Of a stretch of DNA of 64,000 bases, positions 47,001-58,625 are shown one piece after another. A program made the translations under genes and the position numbers. Under the pieces are notes generated by a model. That model was not told where the DNA came from. It saw nothing but the letters and a program-made list of their open reading frames with translations, and ran no database searches. Within the stretch, counting starts at the first letter, position 1, and each line of letters starts with the position of its first letter. This DNA is from Cyanophora paradoxa CCMP329 (taxonomy: Eukaryota > Plantae > Glaucophyta), in contig QPMI01000532.1 in assembly GCA_004431415.1 (NCBI GenBank), positions 1 to 64,000 on the forward strand, given 5' to 3'.

Positions 47001-47409
47001 CGGCGGGGCGGGCCTCTGCGCCTGCGCGCGGGCGCGTCAGGCGCACAGCGGCGGCGGAGCCGGCGCGGGCGCACAGTAGTAGTAGATATTTCCGTTGTCG
47101 TCCTCGTGCTCGCTCCAACCGAGCGGCAGTTCCGAGAAGAGCGCCTCCTGCGCGGGCGGCGGGGCGTGAGCCTCGCGCGCGGCGCGCGCCCCGCGCTGTG
47201 CATGCGGTGACCTGCGCCATCCACAGGAGGTTCGCCTCCTTGAGCGCGTCTATGCCCAGGTAGTGCGCGTAGTCCAAAATCTCCATGAGCGTGGCAACGC
47301 CGTCCGACATTTCGTCGTCACCGATGCCCGTGAACGACGAGATGGAGACAACATCGCCGCTGCCGCTGCTCCCCGTCTGCACCTGGAGGCTCGGGCGCGA
47401 AGACGACAT
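44013..47409 (-). CDS. CEP164-like N-terminal WW protein with a second WW domain and IQ-like motifs
   Basis: EILDYAHYLGIDALKEANLLWMAQEALFSELPLGWSEHEDDNGNIYYY...SSWENPIDKHYKSLI (CEP164-type), then LPPPWQTFDNDDAHPYYYNPVTKVTQWEHP, then ARRIQAAARR, AKIQSAWRR and TRIAAAFRG. The 3' end is uncertain. Confidence 0.75.
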
Positions 47410-47974
47410 CGCAAACAGGGAGCGGCGGGTTCCTCGATCCGGCTGCGCTAGGGTCGAACGCTTCCCATCCCGAAGCGGGTCCTAGCGGCCGCGGGAGTCC
47501 GCCGAGACCCCCGCAGTGCTTAGCTAGGCCAGGCTCCGCTGATCCGGGACAATCGATCGGCTAGCGGTCGGCTAGGCTCGGCTAGGCTCGGTGAGGCTCC
47601 AACGCGTCGGCCGAGGCGTTCCCGCGCTGCGGCGAGTCCGAAAAGCAACGCCGTCGACGTCGGTCCGGGTCGAGTGCGAGGTCGACTCCCGAGGGAGTTA
47701 CTTTTGCGCACCATCCTCGCAAGCTTCTGCGGAGCCCAGGGGCAAGTAGCAACAGCCTTTTAGAGTGCGCTGGTGAAGGAGGAGCCGTTTGGAGTGCCGC
47801 CGCGCCCCCGGATCCAAGGAAGCAAGTTTAGCGCGGCGCCGCCGAACGGGCCATCCGGCGGGCGGTGGAGCTTCGGAAGCTGAGGGATGCGTAGGGACGA
47901 GATTGCTAGGATAAGGCTAGCTAGGTAGCTAGCGAGGCGCCGAGTGGTCGGGGGACCGGGCGGCCCGTCGAGCC

Positions 47975-50900
47975 ATGTCGAACAGCCTGCAGTGCGAGAT
48001 CGAGCGCGTGGACGCTCTCTGGGTGCACAAGCTCTCATGTTTTCCGGCAGCTTCCATAGCTAAAGAATCCCGCAGGTGAGGAGCCCAGGGGCGCCGACGC
48101 GCGGAGCGGGAGACGGGCGCATGTGCGTTCTCGTGTATCCGACGCCCTCGCCGATGCGGACGTCGAGCAGCACGCCCGCGCCCGGACGGGCTGCCTCGCG
48201 GAGCCCGTCGCCGCCCCTGGGCGAGGGCGCGCGGGAGGACGACGAGGGCGGCCGCTCAAGCCCGCCGGCGAGCTCGCCGCCGCTGCGCAGCTCGGCCTCC
48301 TCGCCCGCGGTGGGCCCGCAGCGGCTGCCGGCGCTGCAGGCGGCGGCGAAGGTGGTGCTCCTGCAGCGCAACCGGGCGCCCTCGCCGGAGATGCGGGCCG
48401 AGCACGTCCTCCGCGCCGTCGACACGGGGCCCCGCGCCCGCTCTCGCCAGGCGCAGGCCGTCCGCCGCACCCTCTCCCACGAGCTCAAGGTCACCACCGA
48501 CGTCTTCGGTGTCGCCCCTTCCGCCCCTTCCGCCGCCCCGTCCCTCGTGACGCGGGGGCGGCAGAGCGGACGGGCGGGGCGGCGGGGGCGCCCTGGGGGA
48601 CGACGGCGAGCGGGATGCACGAGGCGTGCCAGCGGTCGGAGGCGCTGCTGCGGCAGCGGTGCTCGGCGCTGCAGCTGCGCAACGAGGCGCTGGTGCGGGA
48701 GCTCCAGGGCGCCCGCGACGAGATCGCCGCCCTCCGCCGCTCCATCGGCTTGACCCCGGAGGGCCTCCTCGCCGCCGGGCCGGGCGCCGAGCTCGGTCTG
48801 CCGCCCCTACCCCCCGCCCCCCTACCCCCCTTGACAGCGGACGCAGGGGACCTGCACGCTGCGTGCCGGGCGGAGATCGAGGACCTGCGAAAGACGGTCG
48901 AGGGCCTCTCCGCGGGCGAGGCCAAGCCGACCACCGCCGTCCCGCCAGGGGCCGACGCCCCCGCACTCGGCGACCCCCGCGATAAAGGTCCGCGCGCCTC
49001 CGCTCTCCTCTGCCACGCTACGCTACGCTACGCTACGCTCCGCTACGCTACGCTTTGCCTGAGCCGCGCGGGCGGGCGGGCGGGCAGAGGTGTACCTGTG
49101 CGTAGCGGACGAGGACGCGCTGCGGTGCGCGCGCATCTTCGGGGAGCTGCGGGACCGCCGCTTCCGCCTCGCCTTCGACGACGACTCGTTCCTCTCGCCG
49201 GCCTGCGGCGCCTTCGTCTTCTTCGCCACGCCGGCCGCCGTGAAAGACACCCGCCGCGTCCAGTACCTCCACCAGGGTCCGCGTCTTGAAGCCCCTTTGG
49301 TCCGCTCCGTTTGGGCGACGCGGGGCGGGCGGGCGCGTCCGCAGCGATGGAGGCGGGCAGGCCGATCGTCCCGGCGTTCCTCGACGTGCGGCGCCGCCCC
49401 TGTCGTTTCCTCCACTCCGCTATCTTCGACCTGACCGGCGCCCGCGGGGCGCAGCCGCCGGCGGAGGTGCACCTCGGCTCCGCCCTCGACGTCCCCCTCC
49501 GGCGCTTCCCCGTGCGTTCGAACCCTTTACCGTACCCCCCGCCCTTCGTTCCCTTTCTAAAAAAGCCGCGCCCTCCCAGTGGGTGCTGCTCGGGGGCTTC
49601 GAGCGGCCCGGGGAGCTGAAGGCGCGGGTGGACCGCCTGGCCGCCTCCATCCTCCGCCTCTACGCCAAGGGCCGCGAGGAGCCGGCCCGCCCCGACTCCA
49701 TCCCCCCGCTCGACGTCCGCCCTTTCCCCTTGCTTCTTCTTCGCCTTGTTTGCCTCCTCCTTGACGCGCTCCGTTCTTCTGCAGGGTGCGCCCCCCTCGG
49801 CCGCGGCCGGCTTCGGCCTGCACGGCCTGCCGCCCTCGGGCGCCAAGACCGCGCGGCGGGCCGCCAACGCGGGCGGGGAGGAGGGGGCGGCCGGCCCGCC
49901 TCCGCGGCGCGTGTACGTGAGCTACGCCGAGCGGGACGCGGACCTGGCGAAGCGGCTGGCGTCGGACCTGCAGCGGCGCGGCTTCGAGGTCGAGTGCGGG
50001 GCGCCGGCGCCCTCGGCCCCCGCCGCCGCCGGGGGGGCCCTCCCCGAAGACGTCGCCGTCGCCATCCAGCAGACGTACGCCTTCCTTTGCTTCGCCTGGC
50101 CGCGCCTCGCCTCTGTTCTGATCGCTTTGTTCTTCCGTCTTCGCAGGGGCTGCTTCCTCCTCGTCGCCTCGGGCGGCTCGGTCGTACCCCCCTGCCGCGC
50201 CCTCGAGGAGCTGGCCTTCGCGTACGAGAACGCCAAGCCGCTGGTCGCCGCCTGGGTCCAGAAGGCGGCCGCCGTCGAGCCGCTCATCCCCCCGGCCACG
50301 CTGCACCGCCTCCGCCGCTTCGCGATGCTGGCGGTCCAGCTGCTTGGGGGGGCCGTCGGGGGCACCAAGGAGCAGTACGCCGCCGGGTTCGAGCGCATCG
50401 CCGCCAACCTCGAGCACGCTCCCGTGCGCCTGCCCCTACCCCTCCTCCGCTCCGCCCCTTGATCCGGGGCAGGGTACGGAGCGGGGGCTGCTGGTGGCGG
50501 CGTCGGGCCCCGGGAGGGAGGCCCCCGGGGCCTTCGCGAGCCTGCCCGAGGCCCTCGCCGATGCCGACCCGGGCGACGTGCGCTCTCTTCGCTTTGCTTT
50601 GCTCTGTTTGCCGCGCGCAGTTCAGGCCCGACCGCAGGTTGTCTACGTGGCGCCCGGGCGCTACGTGCTGACGACGCGCTGCGAGGTCGCCCGCGGCGTG
50701 CGCGTCACGGGCCTCCCGCCGGCCCCCGAGGAGCGCGGGGCGGTGGGGGGCGGGGGCTTCGAGGGCGCGGCCCCGCCGGAGCGGCTGCTGCGGGCGGAGC
50801 TGCGGCTCGAGGGCGGGGGGCAGCTGGTGCTCACCGACAACCGTCCGCCGCGGGAGGCGCGGCTGGCGCCCCTGCGCGGCGCCCTTCTCGACATCGACGT

Positions 50901-53900
50901 CGTCGCCGCCGACGTCCCGCCCCGGCGCCGCCCCGCCCCGCCCAACCCAACGCCCGGCCCTCCTCGGCCGCGCCGCCGTCGCCGCCGCGGCCGCCGCGGC
51001 GGCTGCGGCGGCCGCCGCGGCCCCGCCCCCGCCTCCACTGTCGGCGGTGGAGGCGCGGGCCGGGGACTGGCTGCTGGAGCGGGTGGCGGTGCGGGCCGGG
51101 GGCCGCCGCCACGCCCTCGCCGCCTCCGTCAAGGAGGGCGGCCACGCCCTCGCCCTCACCGTCCTCGGCTGCCTCTTCGCCGGAGCCGACCGGTCCGCTC
51201 CGCCCCGCCCCGCCCCGCTCCGCCCCGCCCCTCCCCGCTCATCTCTCTGTCTGTCTGCAGGGAGGCGCTGCAGCTCGGCGCGGGCCGCTTCTCGGTGCGG
51301 CGGAGCGTGATGGCCGAATGCGGGGCGGGGGCCCTCGCCGGCGGGGCCGAGCTGGAGCCCGGCAGCGAGGCCGTCGACTGCCTGGCGCTGGCCTGCGGGG
51401 AGGGCCCCTTCCGGGTCGCCTCCTCCTCCTCCTCCTCCTCCTCCGAGGTCACGCTGTCGCGGAACACGGCGCTCTCGCGGCCGCTGCCGGCCACGGGCGA
51501 GGTGGCCGTCGGCCCGCCCATGGCCGCCCTCTTCGCCGCCCTCGACGAGCTCCACCAGCGCCGCCTCGCCGCCAAGGCCGCCGTCCGCCTCTCACCTAAG
51601 CTGCTCTCTGCTAAGCTGAGCCAGCTGAGCCTTGCCTCGCCCCACCGCAGAACACGTCGTTCGTGTGGCGGGTGGAGGCGGGGGCGGCGGTGCGGGGCAT
51701 GGGCGAGGGCCTCGTGGCAGGCCTCGCGGACGCCGTCTCCGTCGCCCACGACGGGGACACCATTGCCCTCGCCCCGGGTACGCCCTCCGCCCTAAGCTAG
51801 CCCAGCTTCTGGGCTTGGCTTCTTGGCTTGGCTAAGCGGGCGGCGGCAGGGCGGCACGCGGTGACGGCGGAGGTCCGCGTCCGCTCCGCCGTGGCCATCG
51901 AGGGCACGGGCGCGCGCCTCTCTTCCCCCCCTCTGTTCTTCGCCCGTGGTTAGGCTGAAGCTTACGGTCTCGAGCAGGGGCGGGCCCGCACGAGTGCGTG
52001 GTGGCTTTCGGGGCCGGTGGCGCCCTCCTCCTCGGGGCCGCCCCCCTTCCCTCCTCCTACGCACAGCCGTCGACGCCCGCCGGCGGCCCACCGCCGCCGC
52101 TCACGCACGAGCGGTCGCGGGGCGGCCTGGGGGCGGCGGTCCTGGGAGACGCGCCGCTGCGGGGCGCGCTGCGCAACCTGACGCTCGCCGCCGAGCCGGC
52201 GCCGCCGTCGCACCGGGAGGGACACGGGCGGCACCCCGGGGACGGCGCGCCGCACGCCGTCAAGATCGAGTCGGGCCTGTGGGCCTTCCAGCGCGCCGTC
52301 GTCCTCGCCGGCGGGCGCTGGCACGGCCTGGAGGTCGAGAAGAGCGGGGCGGCGGCGGCCGTCGCGGCGCTCGACCAGTGCGTCGTGGCCGAGGCGTCGG
52401 AGCACGGCGTGCGGGTCTGGTCGGGGCGCGTCGAGGCGCGCCGCTCCATCTTCGCCAACTGCCGCAAGGGCGCCCTCTTCGCTGACCTCGGAGCCGAGCC
52501 CGACCCCTCCGAGGCGAGCGCGCGTCCTAGGCTGTCCCGTCCTCCTCCTAACTCGTGGCCGACTCCGCCCGCCGCGCAGATCCGCGAGTGCACGTCGGTC
52601 GGCTGCGGCGAGTCGCCGTACCGCACGCGGCGGGTGCCCCTGCCCCACGGCGCCAATGTGCCCGCCTCGGCCTCGGCCGCGCACCACCCCGGCGCGCTGC
52701 CCACGGTGGGCAGCAGCTCCGGCGGGGTCTACGCCTCGACGGCCCCGGGCCGGCGGCGCCTCTCGGTCACGACGTCGGACGTGGGCGAGGGGGCGGGCCC
52801 GCCCCCTGGGAGCCCCGGCGGGGCCGGGGCCGGGGCCGGGGCCCGCCGGCGCTGGCGGCGCGGGTGCGGCTGGCTCGGAACCTCCTTCTCGTGCGGGAGG
52901 CGAGCCGGGAGGAGCTAACCGAGGGCGGCGCCGCCCTCTGGCGCTCCCTGGAGGCCCTCCGCCGCGCCCGCGCCGACGCCCGCGCCGCCGGCGTGCCCTT
53001 CCGCTGGAGCGTGGACCCCGCGCAGGCCGCCGCCGCCCGCCTGGAGGAGGGCACCGTCGGCTGCTTTGCCGAGGCCGCCGCCGGCGCCCGCGACGGCGAC
53101 GTCGTGCGCCTCTCCGCCGCCATCCACCGCCTCGCCGCCGAGGCGGCGCTGGAGGGCGGGTCACCGTGGAGGGCCCCGGGCCCGCCGCCGCCTCTATTGC
53201 CCTCGTCACCCCGGCCGCCCGCCTCACCCTCCGGCCCCGCGATCGCGAGCGAGAGCGCGAGGAGCGGCCAGCGGCGGCGGGCGCGAGCGCGCAGGGGCCG
53301 CCCGGGCCTGGGCCCGCGCCCGCCGCCCAGCCGGGCGCCCTCCGCGACTTCGCGGTCCTCTGCGGCCCCGCACCGCCTGCCCCCTCCGCGTCGCCGGCGG
53401 ATCCTGGCACGCCCCGCCCCGCCCGCCCCCCCCCCCCCCCCCCCGCCTCTGAAACTTAGTTCGCAGGCTCTGCGAGCGCCTCTGGGTGGACGCGACGGAC
53501 TCGGCGCTCGCCGCCGGCGCCTGCGTCCGCCTCGCCCCGCCGCTGGCCTCCCTTCGGGCCGCCGAGGCGGCCGGCATGACGCTCGCCGAGGCCCTCGGGC
53601 CGGCGACGAGGCCGGCGGGCCGGCCCTCCGCATGCGCGACTGCGTGCTAGGGCGGCGGGAGGGCCCGGCGAGTGGGCCGCCGTCCGCCTCCTTCGCGGCC
53701 GCGCCGCCCTCGAGCGGTGCCTCCTCGCCAACTGCGGGGCGGGCGCCCTCGTGGTCGGGGCGCGCCCGCACGCGCGCCGCCGGCCCTCGCGCACCGCCCC
53801 GCGGCCGGCGAGGCCCCCGACCCGCCCTCCGACCCGTCGGGGGACGAGGCGGAGGGTCCCGCCCCGGCCCCGGCCCCGGCCCAGCCTCCGCCTTCTTCCG

Positions 53901-55729
53901 GGCCTGAGGCGGCCCCGAGCGGGAGCGGGAGGTATGGGAGGACGCGGACGAGGGCGAGGGCGCCCCCCACTGCGAGGCGCGCCGCCGCTCTCGCCCCCAC
54001 CCGCTCCGCCCCTGATCGGGCTGGCCCTCGCCTGCAGCTGCTGGGCTGCGTGGCGCTCGGGTGCGGGGCGCAGGCCGTGCGGGGCGGCGCCTACGTCCGC
54101 ATGCGCTCCTGCGCCGTGCGCCCGCGCCCGCGGCCTTCGCCCCCGCCCCTTCCTTCGCTTCCCTCTGATGAGTCGTGTACGCAGGCGTCGGCGCGGCCGG
54201 CGACGGCGGCCGAGTTCGAGCCGGCGGGGGCGCTCGGCTCGGGCCTGATCCCCGCACTGGACGCCCTCCGCGCCCGCCGCGCCGCCGCCGTCGCCAAGGC
54301 ACGCGCTCTCACCCTCGCGGCCTGCCCTGCGGCCTTTCTAAGGCCGCTTCGGCGCTCCGCAGGGCGAGCGCTTCGTTCTGCACGTGGCGGTGCTGCCGGA
54401 GGGGGCGGCGGCACCCGGGGCGACGGCGCCGGCCGAGCTGGCGGCGGGGCGCACGGGCAGCGCCGAGGACGCCGTCCTCGCCGCCGACGACGGAGACACG
54501 CTCGCCTTCGCGCCGGGTACATGCGCCCTTCCTTCTTCCTTCTTCTCTTTCCCGGCCAACCGGGTCGGCCGGGGGCGCAGGGACGCACCGGGTGCTTGGG
54601 GAGGTCCGCGTCACGACGCTGACGACCCTCGAGGGCGCCTCCGCCGCCGTCTCCGACGTCGTACTCCAGGCGCGCTTCTCCCCCCCTCCCGCTGAAGTTC
54701 TGTGTACCCCCTCTGAGCGCCTTCTCTGAGCAGCTCGCGCCGGAGGCGAGCGTGCTGCTCTCGCTGGGGATGGCCCCCGGGCGGATGCCGGACGTGCCGC
54801 GGGCGCCGCACGCGCGCGGCGTGCAGACGGCGGCGGTCGGCGGCGAGCTGCGGCGCCTGGCCTTCCGCTGCAAGCCGGGGGGCACCCCCGCCCTCCGCGT
54901 CCGCTCTGGCGGCTGGCGCCTCCACGAGTGCATCGTCGACGCCGGCGGTCGCCCCTTCTGCCTCGTGCGCTTGTACCCCCCGCCCCCCGCCCCCGCGCGC
55001 TCACGCCGGGAGCTCCTAGGAGGTTGGCGGTTCGCGGACGCCCTCAGCGGCGGCGGCGGCGAGCGCGTACGTCGCCTCTCAGCTGCGCGCCGCGAAGGGC
55101 GGCGGCGACTCCACCACCCACGGCCTCGTCGGTGCGGCTCTAAACATAGAGCCTGTACCCTGTACCCCCCTAACGACGGGCGGGCAGCGCCGGCGTGGGC
55201 GGCGGCGTGGGTGGAGGCCTGCACGCTGGGGCGCGGGGGCGCCGGGGCGGTGCGCGCCTGGCCCGGCGCCATGCTCTTCATGGCCACCTCCCTCGCCTCC
55301 GCCGTGCGCCCTTCCTCCATCCTTTCTTTCTTTCTTCTCTCTTCTGAAACTTCGCAGTGCGGGGGGCGCCCCGTCCGGATCGGGGCGGCCCCCGCGGGGG
55401 GTACAGTCGCGGAGGGCCTGGAGGTGCCGGCCTCGGCGCAGGGCCGCTCGGGGCGGCGCATCTCGCTCGCGGGGGGCCCTGGCTCGGCGTACTCCTCCGC
55501 CGCGTCCACGCAGGCGACGGGGTGCGAGGTCGACGTCTCCGAGAGCGCGGCGGCGGGCTGCGGGGGGCGCGAGGGCCCCGCCCTCCGCGGCGACTCGACG
55601 GGGGCCTTCGTGGGGGGGACCGCGGCGCCCCGCGACCGCATCTCGGTCACCCGCTCTCTGATCCTCCCCCGGGCCGCCACGGAGCTCGAGGCGGCGCGCG
55701 CAGGCTGGGGGCCCGCCGCCGTCCGCTAG
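47975..55729 (+). CDS. Large multidomain protein: coiled coil, two TIR_2-like domains and four right-handed beta-helix (pectin-lyase-like) modules
   Basis: TIR-like segments VYLCVADED...AFVFFATPAAV...AMEAGRPIVPAF and VYVSYAERDADLAKRLASDLQRRGF...CFLLVAS...ALEELAFAYENAKPLV. Four beta-helix cap motifs: SLPEALADADPGDVVYVAPGRY, GLADAVSVAHDGDTIALAPGRH, CFAEAAAGARDGDVVRL and SAEDAVLAADDGDTLAFAPGTH. Continuity as one gene is inferred from compatible splice phases. Confidence 0.7.
49015..49053. repeat. Pentanucleotide microsatellite (GCTAC)n in an intron
   Basis: About seven or eight imperfect copies. Confidence 0.85.
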
Positions 55730-55868
55730 GCCCTGCAGCTAGATCGACCCGCGGCCGGCGCGGCCGCCGGCCCTGTACAATAAGGATACACTAGCTCCGA
55801 ATTCGGTGCAGGGGCGGGGCATACATTCAGAGGGATGTAATGGGTACTAGATAGAAGGCCTCAGACGC

Positions 55869-57302
55869 TCAGGCGAGGTCGAGGTGCTCGACGACGAAGG
55901 CGGTGAGGGTGCGCGTGAGGGCGTGCACGGAGGGCGGGTCGATGGCCGACATGTCGTCCCCCTCCGTGTGCCACACCGACGGGAAGGGCACCGCAATGAG
56001 GTGGAGGATCGGCACGCCCCGCCGCAGGAACGGGATGTCTGGGGGGTAGGGGTACGGGATCAGCGGGGCGGGCGGCGGGGAAGGGGGCGGGGCGTGCGAA
56101 CGGTCGTCCTGCACGTGGCCGAACCGCTCGTGCTTCGGGGCGAACATCGGCGGCCGCTCCCTGCACCCGCAGAGTGAGGAGAGGGATCAGGACGAGTCTA
56201 GCTAGGGCGGGGCAGGCGGGGCCCACGTGTGCTTGCGGGCGCCGAGGCGGGACTCGAGGGCGCGCAGCCGCTCGTGCGGCGCCGCCGTGTTCTCGAAGTG
56301 GGAGACCAGGCGGACGTCCCGAGAGCCCAGTAGGTCCAGCAAGGCGAAGAGGGCGATGGAAGGGAGGCGGCCCTCGCGCTCCATGCGGGCCGCGAGGTGC
56401 CGCGCCCCATAGAGCGAGTCACGGTCCGTCCACTCGAGGAACGCTTCCTCCCCGTCGAAGAAGAAGAGTTCGAGCCCCAGCGCGTCCTTTTCTTTGTTGC
56501 TATTGCTCGCCCGGCGCCGCAGCAGCGGGCCCGCCGAGCGCGCGATGTCCAGCATCATAGCGCACGGGCACGCCGAGTCCGTCGCCGCAAGGAACCGGTT
56601 CGGCTCCTGCCGAAGGCGTTAAGCTCGGCAAAAGAAAGAGCGGCGCGGAGGATGGCCGCACGCACGGGGAAGTACTTGGACTCCCAGTGGCAGGCCAGGA
56701 CGAGGTTGCGGGCGGCCTTGGAGCCCGGGAGGCGCCCGATGATGTTCGTGAAGTTCTTCCGCCCCAGCGGCGTCGTGTCCTCGAACCCGTCCAGTTCCGC
56801 CTGCGCCCCGCCGCGTGTTTCGTCGGGGAGGGAGCGACCGGCGGGGCGGGGCGGGGCGCGCCTCCCAGCCGGCCTCCCGCAGGCGCTGGACGATGTACTC
56901 GCGCACGCGGGCGTGGCCCGGCGTCCCCACCACGCGCGGACCGAAGTCCAGCATCTCCTTCGTCATCCGCAGCACCGCCTCGCCGTCCGCCAGCTTCGCC
57001 ACGCTCTGCGCGGCGGGTCGCGCCGGCACAGGGCGCGCCGCCGCCGAGCGGGGCGCACGTCGAGCCACTCGTCGCTTTCGCGGTTCTGCGGAAGCAGAGA
57101 CGGGCTCTGCGCGTCCGAAGGGCCCGCCGAGGCCGAGGGCCGCTTGGAGATGTAGAGGAGCGCGGCGAGGGCGACCAGGACGAGCGCGGCCAGCCTCCGC
57201 GGCCTGCGGAGGCGTGAGCGCGCGCACCGAAGTGCTTAGCTAACGTCTTTGCCGGGGGCTGGTTCGTGCGCACGCGCGGCGCGGCCGGCCGTCGCTGGCC
57301 AT
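55869..57302 (-). CDS. QPCT: Glutaminyl-peptide cyclotransferase (M28 Zn fold) with an N-terminal signal anchor
   Basis: PRVVGTPGH, FTNIIG, LACHWESK, AATDSACPCAMMLD, FFDGEEAF.EW...DSLYGARHLA, LLDLLG, DDHIPFLRRGVPILHLI and PFPSVWHT. N-terminus RRLAALVLVALAALLYI. Confidence 0.93.
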
Positions 57303-57456
57303 CTGGTCGCTCGCCCTTGTTGCGTCGGCTGGCTTCGATCTACGCGCGTCGCGGCGTCTCCACTGCGAATCAGAGCTCATGCGGCCGCCGCTCGCATCGG
57401 CTCCAAGACCTATCGTGCGCTGTACTCGTCCTTTTCGGCGCAGCCGTTAAGCCGCC

Positions 57457-58625
57457 ATGTACGAGCAGTGGGCCGAAGTCAACGAGGAGCAGCAGCGCCG
57501 GGGCGGGCAGTTCGACCCCGTCGAGCTGATCCGCGCGAGCGAGAGGTGCGGCGAGTGCGGGCGCGTTTCGAATTCCCGGGCGGCGCCCCTGACGCAGCCG
57601 CTTCCAGATCTGCGCAGGAGATCGTGCGGCTCGATGAGAACCCGTTCGAGGTATGCGCTTCCAAACTTGAGCACCGCGCCGCGCTCGCGCCTGCGCCGCG
57701 CGGCCGCGCGGGCGACCCTCGCAGCTCTCCGCTCGATTTCCCGCGCGTTCTGGGTTTGAGCGTCCACGATCGGCGCAGATCCTGATCCCGCCGAACGTCT
57801 CGCACGAGGAAGGTGCTGAGTTCGAGCGCATCTTGTCCGGGCCGGGAGGGGCCCATGGCCATCTGATTTCCGAGCTCGAGCAGCCGTGGAAATTTGCATG
57901 GAGCGCCTGGCGCAGCGCGCTCGCAGCGCGAAGGGCGAGTCCGGCGCGCTGAAGGAGTACCACGAGGCCCGGGCCCGCGCGATGGAAGAGTTCGTGAGGC
58001 GGGAGCGCGGCAGCGTGCCCGGCGGCGACATCGCTTACGACAAGTACAGTGCGCCGCCTTCAGCTCCAAAAAAGATAGAATCGCACGCGACGGTACGCGT
58101 TCAGACGGCTCGCAGAGTACGCGAGCAAGCCCCTGGTCGTGGCGCCGCTCCCGAACTCCCAGGTGCGCTGAAATTTCCCCTGCTCTCATCTGCCGCTACT
58201 TGTTGAGCCCGAAACGCAGTGGGCCGGGTACTTCGTGCCGGGCGTCTCAGGCGGGGGAGCCGGCTCGGGTCACGGCCGCCGTGAGGACCGTGCGCGCGCC
58301 CCGCCCCGCCCCGCGCCCTTCGCTTCGCCCGGCGCCGACGCTCGGGCGACCCTCAGAGTGGAGCCCGTGGGGCCGTTCGCAGGAGCAGCAGCAGTCCGGG
58401 CCGCTTCCCTTCACGCGCCCGGGCTTCGCCGGCTACCGGGAGGAGCTCGGCGGGGGCCCGGGCCCGAGCCGGCAGCCGCAGCAGCAGCAGCAGCAGCAGC
58501 GGGGCGGGTACCAGCGCGACCCGCGGTCGAGCCCGGAGGACCCGTTCGGGTACCACGTGAAGTACTACGACGCGTACGCCCCGGAGGGCTTCGACGAGGC
58601 GCGCTACTCCGGCAACGTTTTCTAG
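57457..58625 (+). CDS. Hypothetical protein
   Basis: Consistent spliced model MYEQWAEVNEEQ...VRLDENPFEILIPPNVSHEEAVEICMERL...RLAEYASKPLVVAPLPNSQWAGYF...YHVKYYDAYAPEGFDEARYSGNVF*. No family recognised. Confidence 0.6.

Noticed and set aside
56670-56700. QPCT motif CHWESK instead of the usual HYDSK, suggesting an inactive enzyme
   Set aside because: The zinc-ligand and catalytic motifs (ATDSA, DGEEA, DDH, VWHT) are intact and the substitutions are conservative.
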